This document shows, in pieces, positions 48,020 through 56,929 of a stretch of 64,000 nucleotides of DNA. The notes below the pieces were generated by a model that was not told the origin of the DNA, made no database searches, and was given only the letters and a program-made list of their open reading frames with translations. Source of the DNA: Candidatus Woesearchaeota archaeon. Its GTDB lineage: Archaea; Nanobdellota; Nanobdellia; Woesearchaeales; WJKB01. A program made the position numbers and the translations under genes. Each line of letters opens with the position of its first letter. Position 1 is the first letter of the stretch. The DNA lies in contig WJKB01000056.1 of assembly GCA_014729345.1 (NCBI GenBank), forward strand, positions 71 to 64,070, read 5' to 3'.

Positions 48020-49035
48020 TCAAGCACCAGCCATTCAAAGTTTGCCTCATCAGTGTACCCTGAACCGTCTGTAACCTCAACTGTCACGTTGAAGCTGCCG
48101 GTGATCCTGGGCACGAAGTCCACGCTTCCGTCCTTTTCCACATCGAACATGATGTGGTCTGACCTGAAGGTGAGCTCGTCTCCGTCAGGGTCTGTGGCCT
48201 GTATCTGATACACAAATCTCTCATTGTCCACCCCTACCAGCCTTTCAGGCATGGTGATCACAGGGTACTTGTTCACAGGGACCGTGGTTCCGAACATAAA
48301 AAGGTAAGGCTCTCCTGGCCTCATGGCAGAGCGATTGTCCTGAAAAGCGTATATTATAGTGTCCTCGCTTACAGGCATCACTATGATGTCAAGGTCATAC
48401 TCGAGCAGTGGGGTGAACTGCACCCAGCCCGGATCCTCAACCACAAGATCATTCACCTCGTTTGCTGTGTTGAGTATGTAGCTGAGCCTGTGTGGGATGA
48501 TCACCCTGAACCTTTCAAGCCTTCCCTCGCTTTCCTCAATCGCTGCATCTACAGGGTACTCCATCTCAAACACCAGCTCATTGACAGCTATGGTCACAGT
48601 GGTGTTGGGTTCGCCCGCTTCCACAGACCATCCCTGCTGCTCAAAAGAGCTGAAGTTTGTGCATTCCTCAAGCATCTGGTCCACATACAGGGCAAGCTGG
48701 CTCTCTATCTCTGGCTGCGTGGGCCTGAGATCCCCCAGCTCGTCATCATACCACAGGCTTACTGCTGAGAATTCTGTGACAACTGAAGTGTTTGGAGGAT
48801 ATGCATATCCTCCCTGAACCCCGTTAAGGTAAGCTCCGTCGATCGCTGTCTCCCTCAGGCAGCCGGTGATATAGTTATGCAGGGGCCTGAGCTCTGTGGG
48901 CACCTCTATCAGCTCCCTTTCCACTTCTGGCCTGTAGATTCCGAAAAGATACCATATTGTTGCCGCGAGTATCAGGATGACCAGGCCTATTATGACAAAC
49001 AGCGTCACCTGTCCCCTGCTTCCTTTCTTACGCAT
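48016..49035 (-). CDS. Class III signal-peptide (pilin-like) protein with C-terminal cadherin/Ig-like domain
   Basis: KKGSRG/QVTLFVIIGLVILILAA; C-terminal NKYPVI..ATDPDGDELTF..VTVEVTDG; ATG 49035. Confidence 0.82.
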   Translation of the reverse strand: MRKKGSRGQVTLFVIIGLVILILAATIWYLFGIYRPEVERELIEVPTELRPLHNYITGCLRETAIDGAYLNGVQGGYAYPPNTSVVTEFSAVSLWYDDELGDLRPTQPEIESQLALYVDQMLEECTNFSSFEQQGWSVEAGEPNTTVTIAVNELVFEMEYPVDAAIEESEGRLERFRVIIPHRLSYILNTANEVNDLVVEDPGWVQFTPLLEYDLDIIVMPVSEDTIIYAFQDNRSAMRPGEPYLFMFGTTVPVNKYPVITMPERLVGVDNERFVYQIQATDPDGDELTFRSDHIMFDVEKDGSVDFVPRITGSFNVTVEVTDGSGYTDEANFEWLVLE

Positions 49036-49555
49036 TTGCCAGCCTCCAGAAGCTTTCAAATCCGTGGACTATTATGATCTCTTCCTCAGGCCTCGTAAAC
49101 CCTGATCTTGGAACAACCTCAAATTTGATGCCTGTCATGGATGATACCAGGCCCCTGACCTTCATCTCATCCTCGCACACAAGCGTGAGGCTATTCTGCC
49201 TCTTCTTTGCGAAAAAGGCAGAATAGACCGCAGCCTGTGATGCCAGTTTCCTGGCTATGTCTTCAAGTTTCTGCAGAACAGCCTTGTTCTGCAAGCCAAA
49301 ACCCTCTTTTTCCTCAGCAGAGATGTAAGATAAGAGCAGTATGGTCTTGTCGCTTTGTAGGTTGAGCGAGCATACTATGCTGGGGCCTATTATCTTCTTG
49401 TTCAGTATGTTTTCAGAGAGAAGCTTCCTGACCTCTTTGTTTGTGTAAGCATAGCTCTTTTTCAGCTCTTTGGATATCTGGTTGATGGTCAGCTCCCTGC
49501 TTATATCCCTGAAAAAAAGCCTTATTATCGAAAGCTCTGAGTTCATTCTGGCCAC
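49028..49555 (-). CDS. Winged-helix transcriptional regulator with degenerate nucleotidyltransferase-like C-domain
   Basis: ELTINQISKELKKSYAYTNKEVRKLLSENILNKKIIGPSIVCSLN; the C-domain lacks GS..DxD. Confidence 0.75.
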   Translation of the reverse strand: MARMNSELSIIRLFFRDISRELTINQISKELKKSYAYTNKEVRKLLSENILNKKIIGPSIVCSLNLQSDKTILLLSYISAEEKEGFGLQNKAVLQKLEDIARKLASQAAVYSAFFAKKRQNSLTLVCEDEMKVRGLVSSMTGIKFEVVPRSGFTRPEEEIIIVHGFESFWRLANA

Positions 49556-49564
49556 AGTGATAGT

Positions 49565-49597
49565 TTAGTACTTGATTAGTATTTGATTAGTACTTGA
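49565..49597. promoter_or_regulatory. 11-bp direct repeat x3 (ttagtaYttga), putative operator
   Basis: ttagtacttga-ttagtatttga-ttagtacttga, 9 nt upstream of the wHTH start; roughly one helical turn period. Confidence 0.65.
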
Positions 49598-49807
49598 TAT
49601 TTATTTTAATAATAGATTAATACTCATCTTAATTAAGATACATATATATAAAGATTTATATTCTACAGTGGTTATAATATCAATAAATTTGGTGTAAGAG
49701 TATTAAATATCTATAGTTATTAGCTATGAAATTGATTATATTAGTAGAATTATGACTAAAATTATAAAAAAATATGATAACAAGAATGTCTGCAACCCTT
49801 GCCAGTG

Positions 49808-49893
49808 ACCAGTAGTCAATGAATCAGTAGCCAATGACCAGTAGCCAATGACCAGTAGCCAATGACCAGTAGCCAATGAATCAGTACTCAATG
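49808..49893. repeat. 14/15-bp tandem repeat x6 (accagtagccaatg)
   Basis: Three perfect and three variant contiguous units next to a very AT-rich tract at 49600-49790. Confidence 0.93.
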
Positions 49894-49993
49894 TCATCTC
49901 GCCTAAGCATCATCTCCTCGAGGACCATTAAAGAGTAGTATACTCAAAAAATTTAAATATAAGCCAGCCCTAGACGCAGTTTAGGAGATCCGG

Positions 49994-51853
49994 ATGATGA
50001 TAGAGAGATTCACAATCGCTGGAAAAGAGTATGAGGAGATGGACCCAGAAAGTCTTGAAGATGCGGTTCTGCAGCATAGGTCGCTGTATGATATCTTTTC
50101 AATGTCAGCAGAAGCAAACGCTGGCCATCCTGCAGTCACTTTCAGAGAACCTGGAAGTGAAGACTTCAGCAACACCTGGAGTTACAGGGAATTTCATGAC
50201 ACTGTCCAGCGACTGGGACAGGGCCTTATCGATATCGGCCTCCAGGATGCATGGTCAAATGAGACTGAATCGGGGGACAGGTTTGCGGTCTTCTCGCCCA
50301 ACAGCCCCTGGTTCATGGCAGCTGAGTTTGCAGTCAACAGCGCAGGAGGAATATTTACCCCTATGTCCACTATCAGCACGCCTGCAGAAGCAGGGTTTGT
50401 CATAAGGGATTCTGGCGCAAAGATCCTTATGGTCGACGGTGAGGAGCAGCTGGAGGTCATCAGACAATGCAGCCCTGAAGATCTGCAGACATTAGACACC
50501 ATCCTGACCGCTCAGAGGGCTGATCCTGGAGCGCTATCAGGTATAGGGGTAGACCAGATCATGCCCATACAGTTTATCATGTCAGCACCAGCGTTCGGTT
50601 TTGAGGAACGCGCTTCCCAAAGGAGCATAGATGATGTCGCAAACATGATCTACAGCTCAGGCACCACAGGAAATCCAAAAGGTGTCATGCTCACGAACAG
50701 GAACCAGGCATCCAATATCTACCAGTGCCAGGAAAGGTTCAGGCTTCCAGCAAGGTCAAAAAGCCTTAACATACTTCCGATGTACCATTCATACGCGATG
50801 ATGACAGACCTGCTCATGAGCATGGCTACAGGCATGCATGTGTACGTCTCAGACAAGGACCATTTCCAGAAAGACATGAGGGAATGTCCTATAGACTACA
50901 TGTGCGCTGTCCCTCTTCTGCAGAAAAGGGTTTATGACGGCATCTGCGATAAGCTTGAGCAGGCAGGGGGACTGAAAAAGCTGATAGGAAGGACAAAGGC
51001 ATTCCAGTATATCCCGCTGATAGCAAAAAAGATCCAGAAAGAGCTTGTCCACGATGACTTCCAGTTCTTCATAAACGGAGGCGGAGGGCTGCCTGTCGAG
51101 GTCGCCAAGGCACTAAAGCACATCGTGGCAGTGTATGCAGGGTACGGCCTTACAGAGACATCTCCAGTCGTCTCTGCAAACATGCCTGATGATGACAGGA
51201 GCCTGCAGGGATCGAGCGGAAGGCCTCTTGTGGGCATGGATGCCACGATAAAGGAAGGAGAGATATGCCTTAGGGGACCTAACGTGATGAAAGGGTACTG
51301 GAACAGGCCTGAGGAAACAGCCAGCATGTTTGATGATGAGGGCTGGCTGCACACAGGCGATCTGGGACACATAGATGACTATGACCATCTGCACATCACA
51401 GGCAGGATAAAGGAGACCATCGTCCTTGCCACAGGCAAGAACATCAACCCGACAGAGGTTGAGCAGCACTTCCAGACCGACGAATATATTAACCAGATAT
51501 ACTTGATAGGTACGCTTCCTGACGGAAAGGATGAGAGCTATGTGATAGCGATCGGAAATGCGCATGAGCATACGCTGCCTGAAGGCGTCAAAGACGATGA
51601 TGCGCAAAAGTCAGGCTTCCTTCTCCAGAGGGTCAGAGATGTCTGCAGTGAGCAGGGACTACCGAAATACAAGATACCAAAGGCATTCGGGGTCATCCCT
51701 GAGATCACCCCTGACACCAGCATCATACAGGACGGGCAGGAGATACCTGTCATGACCGGGCTCATGAAGCTTAAGAGGAGATACCTGCTTCACTGGGCTG
51801 CAGATGTCATAGAACAGACGTATGATAAGTCCAGAAAGCAGCCCTCAAGATGA
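49994..51853 (+). CDS. fadD: Long-chain fatty-acid--CoA ligase (AMP-forming)
   Basis: IYSSGTTGNPKGVML, ILPMYHSY, GYGLTETSP, GEICLRGPNVMKGYW, GWLHTGDLG, GRIKETIVLATGKNI. Confidence 0.9.
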   Translation: MMIERFTIAGKEYEEMDPESLEDAVLQHRSLYDIFSMSAEANAGHPAVTFREPGSEDFSNTWSYREFHDTVQRLGQGLIDIGLQDAWSNETESGDRFAVFSPNSPWFMAAEFAVNSAGGIFTPMSTISTPAEAGFVIRDSGAKILMVDGEEQLEVIRQCSPEDLQTLDTILTAQRADPGALSGIGVDQIMPIQFIMSAPAFGFEERASQRSIDDVANMIYSSGTTGNPKGVMLTNRNQASNIYQCQERFRLPARSKSLNILPMYHSYAMMTDLLMSMATGMHVYVSDKDHFQKDMRECPIDYMCAVPLLQKRVYDGICDKLEQAGGLKKLIGRTKAFQYIPLIAKKIQKELVHDDFQFFINGGGGLPVEVAKALKHIVAVYAGYGLTETSPVVSANMPDDDRSLQGSSGRPLVGMDATIKEGEICLRGPNVMKGYWNRPEETASMFDDEGWLHTGDLGHIDDYDHLHITGRIKETIVLATGKNINPTEVEQHFQTDEYINQIYLIGTLPDGKDESYVIAIGNAHEHTLPEGVKDDDAQKSGFLLQRVRDVCSEQGLPKYKIPKAFGVIPEITPDTSIIQDGQEIPVMTGLMKLKRRYLLHWAADVIEQTYDKSRKQPSR

Positions 51854-51948
51854 AAGTCAGGCTAAGGATATGTAAAGATAAATATCTCTAAGAGCATGCA
51901 AATACACCATCTCTCTGATCCATATCCTTTCTGCGACACACAAGCAGG

Positions 51949-53649
51949 CTATAGCTTCCTGACCATATAAACCCCTTCTTTCCTATAGCCTAACTTCCTG
52001 TAATACTCCCTTGCGCCTATTCCAGATATCACAACGAGCTTGTCCCTGTTGTATGTCCTTGCTATCTCTTCAGCAGCCTTAAGCAGCTTCTTTCCCAAGC
52101 CTGAATGCTGGACATTTCCTTTTCTTCCCAGCCTCGCAGCCTCTCCATAGACATGCAGCTCCCTGACAAGCACAGCATCCTCGGTTATCTCTTTCCTGAG
52201 GCTTTGCGCCGGAAACCTCAGCCTGCAGAAGCCCATCACATATCCCTTGTATTGCGCCTCTATGTAGAACTCTCTGCCGAAAGATGCGTTGTAATACAGG
52301 ATGATTATCTCAGGCTTTCCTATCTTCCCCCTGAAGTTTCCTATCTCCCTGCACCTTATGCACTGGCATCTGATATCGTCCTTTTTCATCTCTTCCTTTA
52401 TGTACTGTCTTAGGTTTGTCTTGTCCACCCCTGCAGATATCATCTTTGAGGGGATGTCTCTCTGCACCCTCATTATCCTGCAGTAGGGAGGCACGTATCT
52501 CTTGAACTCTGCGATAAGCTTTGCTGCCTTCTTTGTTGTGAGGGGCTTATATTTTCCCTTTTTCCATAAGTCATACAGTTTTGTCCCCCTGACCACCATA
52601 CAGGGATACAGCTTCAGCATGTCCGGCCTGTAACGCTCGTCCTCAAACAGGGATATCATGCCCGTGAGGTCTTTCTCATAGTCAACCCCTGGCAGCCCGG
52701 GCATGTAATGGACATTCACCTTGAACCCAAGGTCCTTCAGCACAGCCATGGCCTCTTCATTGTCAGCTGCCCTGTAACCTCTTTTTATCCTTTTCAGCAC
52801 ATCATCATAGACCGACTGCACTCCCAGCTCGACCCTTGTACAGCCCAGCTTCAGCATGCGGTTCGCATGCTTCAGTTTTGCATGATCTGCCCTTGTCTCT
52901 ATGGTCATGCCTACGCACCTGATCACAGCTTTCTCGTTCTTCTTCTGGATGTTTTCAAGCTTCTGGCTGCCTTTTCTCTTCAGACTGAGCGCCTTTGAAT
53001 GTATCCTGCTGGTCCTTTCAGGGTCATCTATTGCTCCTGGAAGCTCGAAGAAGTCGCAGAACTTTCTGAAGCTGAGCCTTCTCCTGCTGAAGAACTGCTC
53101 TGAGAAATCGTTCATGGCCTTTAGCGCGTGCTTGACAAAGTTTTCCTGATAATTCCTGCTGAAGGAGGGAAACGTGCCTCCCATGATGATAAGCTCGACC
53201 TTCTGGGGGTTCTTGTTCATGGCCACGTACTGCTCAAGCCTGTTAAAAACCTGCAGGTAAGGATCATATCTGTTCCTTATCGCCCTTCTTGTGGCAGGCT
53301 CTTTTCCAGTATAGCTCTGCGGCACATTCCCAAATGCGCTGCCAGGGCCTCCAGGGCACATCACGCATCTTCCATGAGGGCATCTGATGGGCTTTGTCAT
53401 TATGGCCACCACAGCCACGCCGCTCATGGTCCTTGTGGGCTTGATCGTAAGAAGCTGGCTGAACCTTTCCCTTTCAGAAGCAGTGGCTGCTGCAGCAAGA
53501 TCCACATTTGTAGGGATAGTGCTGATGTCCTGGTATTCCTTCCTTTTAAGGACCTGGAGCTTAAGCTGGTTCAGTCTGCGCTGGTCTTTTATCTTCTTTT
53601 TCTTCATCTCTGAGATTATATCCCTGCAGAGGCGCCTGAACATTTGCAT
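51949..53649 (-). CDS. elp3: Elp3 tRNA uridine(34) acetyltransferase (radical SAM plus GNAT)
   Basis: KPTRTMSGVAVVA, CPHGRCVMCPGG, QSYTGKEPA, RVQRDIP, VRELHVYG, QHSGLG, ISGIGAREYYRKLGY. Confidence 0.96.
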   Translation of the reverse strand: MQMFRRLCRDIISEMKKKKIKDQRRLNQLKLQVLKRKEYQDISTIPTNVDLAAAATASERERFSQLLTIKPTRTMSGVAVVAIMTKPIRCPHGRCVMCPGGPGSAFGNVPQSYTGKEPATRRAIRNRYDPYLQVFNRLEQYVAMNKNPQKVELIIMGGTFPSFSRNYQENFVKHALKAMNDFSEQFFSRRRLSFRKFCDFFELPGAIDDPERTSRIHSKALSLKRKGSQKLENIQKKNEKAVIRCVGMTIETRADHAKLKHANRMLKLGCTRVELGVQSVYDDVLKRIKRGYRAADNEEAMAVLKDLGFKVNVHYMPGLPGVDYEKDLTGMISLFEDERYRPDMLKLYPCMVVRGTKLYDLWKKGKYKPLTTKKAAKLIAEFKRYVPPYCRIMRVQRDIPSKMISAGVDKTNLRQYIKEEMKKDDIRCQCIRCREIGNFRGKIGKPEIIILYYNASFGREFYIEAQYKGYVMGFCRLRFPAQSLRKEITEDAVLVRELHVYGEAARLGRKGNVQHSGLGKKLLKAAEEIARTYNRDKLVVISGIGAREYYRKLGYRKEGVYMVRKL

Positions 53650-53714
53650 AGCAGCGTCTAATAGAGCCCCTTTTATAAAACTACGCTTTAGACAGGCTCC
53701 TCCATCCCAGGTGT

Positions 53715-54674
53715 TCAGCTTCCGATAAGTAGCTCAACTGAGACAAAGGCCACGAAAAGCATCAGGAGAACAAGCCCTTTCTTCCAGTCGATCTCTTTCT
53801 CCCTCACAAATATCAGGGTCAGGCCCAGGCTCGCCATGGTGAACACCATGCTGTTGTAGATTATGCTCGGGTCGAACCTTATCGGCCTTACGACTGCAAT
53901 AATTCCCAGGAACAGCAGCGCCTTGGTCACTGCGCTTCCGAGTATATCCCCGAAGCCTACGTCAGAGTGGCCTCTTATGATGCTTCTGATGCCTATCATT
54001 ATGTCAGGCATCTGGGCTCCCAGCGCTATCACCAGCAGTGCTATGAGAAAAGGCCTTATCCCCAGCTCATGCGAGATGTTCAGGGAGGCGAACACCAGCC
54101 ATCTTGAGCTCAGGAGCAGAGCCACCAGAGCTCCGAGGAAAAGTATCGAATCCTTCCAGATCTTCTTCACCTTCACATCCTTCTTTATCCTTCCGATCTC
54201 ACCCTCTTTCTTCCAAAGCAGGGCAATATAGCTGAAGAACCCTATAAGAAGCACGACCCCATCCAGCCTTGACAGCACCCCATCCCATATCAGGATAAAA
54301 GGAATACCCATGAGTATGAATATGTCTATCTTGGTCTTCTGAAGTATCCTGGCTTCCATTCTCATCTTCCTGCCAAACACTGCCAGGAAGCCCAGCACAA
54401 AAGTGAAACCTATCACATTGGATCCGAACAGGGTTCCCAGGATGATCCCGCTAGCGTCAAGGGTCGATCCTGTTATGGATGCTACCAGCTCAGGCATGCT
54501 GCCTGCAAGCGCTACGACAAGTATCCCCACAAGATAGTCGCTCAGCCCCAGCCTTTTGGCGTACCTGCAGATGCTGTACACAGCCATGTCCGCTGACTTG
54601 ACCATTATCACCAGGCTCAGGATCCCGACTATCAGGTTGAATACAAGAGGGCTGTTCCATATGAGATCTATCAT
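53715..54674 (-). CDS. Sodium/calcium exchanger family (CaCA) antiporter
   Basis: Two alpha repeats ALAGSMPEL..GTLFGSN and ALGAQMPD..GDILGS; start ATG 54674. Confidence 0.9.
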   Translation of the reverse strand: MIDLIWNSPLVFNLIVGILSLVIMVKSADMAVYSICRYAKRLGLSDYLVGILVVALAGSMPELVASITGSTLDASGIILGTLFGSNVIGFTFVLGFLAVFGRKMRMEARILQKTKIDIFILMGIPFILIWDGVLSRLDGVVLLIGFFSYIALLWKKEGEIGRIKKDVKVKKIWKDSILFLGALVALLLSSRWLVFASLNISHELGIRPFLIALLVIALGAQMPDIMIGIRSIIRGHSDVGFGDILGSAVTKALLFLGIIAVVRPIRFDPSIIYNSMVFTMASLGLTLIFVREKEIDWKKGLVLLMLFVAFVSVELLIGS

Positions 54675-54744
54675 CAGCAACCATCCTCCAGGCAGCTCCT
54701 GCAGCAGCAGGGTCTTTTCTTGGTGCTGCACGCTGTCTTGCTTC

Positions 54745-55131
54745 TCATCCTAGTATCCCCCTTGCTGCGACCGCTACACCCATAGTCACCAGCACCACAA
54801 GGAATGCGAGTATCAGGGGCGCAAGCAGATACTCGCCCAGAGGGTTTGCCAGTCCGGGTATCAGGTAGCTCAGGGGCTTTGAGATCACTGCAAAAGCATA
54901 GCATCCTGCAAATACCATGCAAAGAGAAACTACGAGGCCGCTGTTCTTCTTCAGATGGGCCGGATGCAGGCTGTGTCTTGCTGCTCCATGAGCAGTCATC
55001 ACTGCCTTTACAGCGTCATGCACCTTTTGCTCAGGCCATCCCCTCTCCACAAGAGCGTCCCTCACAGTATCTATCCTGAAGCCTGCAGCCCTTGTCTCCC
55101 TGATATACCTAACAAGCCTAGGGTCTGCCAT
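54745..55131 (-). CDS. Small membrane protein with N-terminal helical domain
   Basis: LVRYIRETRAAGF..VRDALVERGW helical motif plus two TMs. Confidence 0.65.
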   Translation of the reverse strand: MADPRLVRYIRETRAAGFRIDTVRDALVERGWPEQKVHDAVKAVMTAHGAARHSLHPAHLKKNSGLVVSLCMVFAGCYAFAVISKPLSYLIPGLANPLGEYLLAPLILAFLVVLVTMGVAVAARGILG

Positions 55132-56056
55132 CCTGCTTCAGCCTCACAAAATATCCTTTGATCCTCTGGACCGTGTCTTCTCTTATGATAGCAGTGCTCA
55201 TGTTGACGTCGACGCTTATGTCTGACTCGCCGACAACAGCCTGTGTGTGCGGATCAGAGACCTTTATCTCATATCCCTGACTTTCAAACCGTTCGAGCTT
55301 GATACATTGGGGAAGGTTCTCGTCCACATGCTGCTCTATCTCCCTTTCCAGCTCCCTCGCTTCATCATCCAGGAGCAAAAACACGCTTATGTCTGTCTTT
55401 TCTTCTGCAAGTTCCCTGATGCATGATTCTATATGGTCCCTGACCAGCACGGTTCCGGAATCCTCCAAAGTCTCGTGCAGCTCTGTCTCTACAGGCCAGG
55501 CATAGGTCTGGACAGCATAGTCCACCAGCACTGAACTTGTGAGCAGGAGGATGGGAGCTACAAGATAGAGTCCTATATAGTGCTTGTGCTTGTGGTGGTC
55601 AAAGTATTCCATCACAAACCTTATGTTGAAAGATACGTAAAAGACAAGGCCTGCTGTTATAGGGCTGGCCACAGAAGTATCCATCCCTGTCTCCATGAAC
55701 ATCCTGAGGAAGGCGGTGAGAAGGATGACCGAAGGCAGGGGTATGACCATGCCTGCCAGCAGCTCGTTCTTCTCCCTGTGCATGACATTTTTCACTGCCA
55801 GCATGGCAAGGTAGCCGTATATGAGGCCTGACATAACATAAAGGCCGTAGGCTGTCCCTGCTCCGACATACCTGAAGACAGTCAGCCATATTACAGGCAG
55901 GAACAGCAGGGTGGATGCAAGCATGAGAAGTACAAGGTATATCAGGTAATACCCATGCCTGACAGGATGACTTTTCTTTGCTGCCTCTGCAGCATCCTCT
56001 GCAACAGTTTCTCCGGCTTTCTTGGCTCGGCCATTGCTTCCTTCAGCATCTTTCAT
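55118..56056 (-). CDS. Multi-TM protein with C-terminal domain paralogous to the pilin-like protein at 48016
   Basis: About five TMs, then HIESCIRE..LEREIEQHVDENLPQCIKLERFESQGY. Confidence 0.7.
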   Translation of the reverse strand: MKDAEGSNGRAKKAGETVAEDAAEAAKKSHPVRHGYYLIYLVLLMLASTLLFLPVIWLTVFRYVGAGTAYGLYVMSGLIYGYLAMLAVKNVMHREKNELLAGMVIPLPSVILLTAFLRMFMETGMDTSVASPITAGLVFYVSFNIRFVMEYFDHHKHKHYIGLYLVAPILLLTSSVLVDYAVQTYAWPVETELHETLEDSGTVLVRDHIESCIRELAEEKTDISVFLLLDDEARELEREIEQHVDENLPQCIKLERFESQGYEIKVSDPHTQAVVGESDISVDVNMSTAIIREDTVQRIKGYFVRLKQDGRP

Positions 56057-56369
56057 TCTCTATCTCCTCTTTTTGTATGTCCTTGAGTATTTGGGTGAAA
56101 TATTCAAGACAGTCAAGTCCGCAGAAGGACATCTTTTTCCTAACATCCTTGTCCCCGAACTCAAGGGTGTAGAACGTGCCCTCCTTGTGCAGCGGAGCGG
56201 TGCATACAGCGCACTTCCTGTTCAGTATCTCCTCTTTCTTCCTTATCTTTGATTCCACCAGCGTTCTTGTAGCCATGCCTCCTTTCTCCAGGTCGTTTCT
56301 CAAGGTCATGAGGTCAAGGTAGGTCAGGCTTTCCATCAGATTTTTCAGGTTTTGGTTTTTCATGCTCAT
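56043..56369 (-). CDS. Small putative zinc-binding protein (TRASH-like CxxC...FCxxxC)
   Basis: CAVC...FCGLDCLEYF. Confidence 0.7.
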   Translation of the reverse strand: MSMKNQNLKNLMESLTYLDLMTLRNDLEKGGMATRTLVESKIRKKEEILNRKCAVCTAPLHKEGTFYTLEFGDKDVRKKMSFCGLDCLEYFTQILKDIQKEEIENERC

Positions 56370-56373
56370 AAAA

Positions 56374-56556
56374 TCACCCTATGCCCTCTTCTTCGCGCTC
56401 TTCAAACTTCACATACCATCTGTTGGCTTTCGGATCGAACTTGAAGACCACGTTGTGCTTTTTTTTCTTGTCCAGCGCAAAAAGGAGCTGTATAGGTATA
56501 GTGGTCTCATAGCTTCCCCCTCTTTTGTAGAGTTTTCTCCTGAACTCGATCGCCAT
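56374..56556 (-). CDS. Small AbrB/MazE-like DNA-binding protein
   Basis: RKLYKRGGSYETTIP swapped-hairpin-like N-terminus. Confidence 0.65.
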   Translation of the reverse strand: MAIEFRRKLYKRGGSYETTIPIQLLFALDKKKKHNVVFKFDPKANRWYVKFEEREEEGIG

Positions 56557-56929
56557 TTTGATTTAGCTTACTTATTTTATATTACTTGCTTATTTTATAA
56601 GTTACTTACTTTCTTACTTATTTGTAACCATATATTTTACTTATATTCTTACTTATTTATAAATCTTTTGGTATCGTTGTCAAATTGACCATCGTTAAGA
56701 TCATACTATCACGAGGAAGGAAGGCATGATGAGAAAAAGGAAAGGCCATGATGAAAAGGCAGGATCATGATGAAAAAAGGGCAGGACCAGCAAGGTTCAG
56801 CACTTGTTTCGCATCTTTGGTTGTGGTGGAGACATTTGCCCAAAACCATAGATTCCAGCAATTAAATCATGACTTATTAGTAATAACATAACAAAAGTTT
56901 TATATACAATTAGCTATATTCTGATTCAT

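Noticed and set aside
49808..49893. Possible CRISPR array
   Set aside because: Units are 14-15 bp and contiguous with no unique spacers; no cas genes in the window
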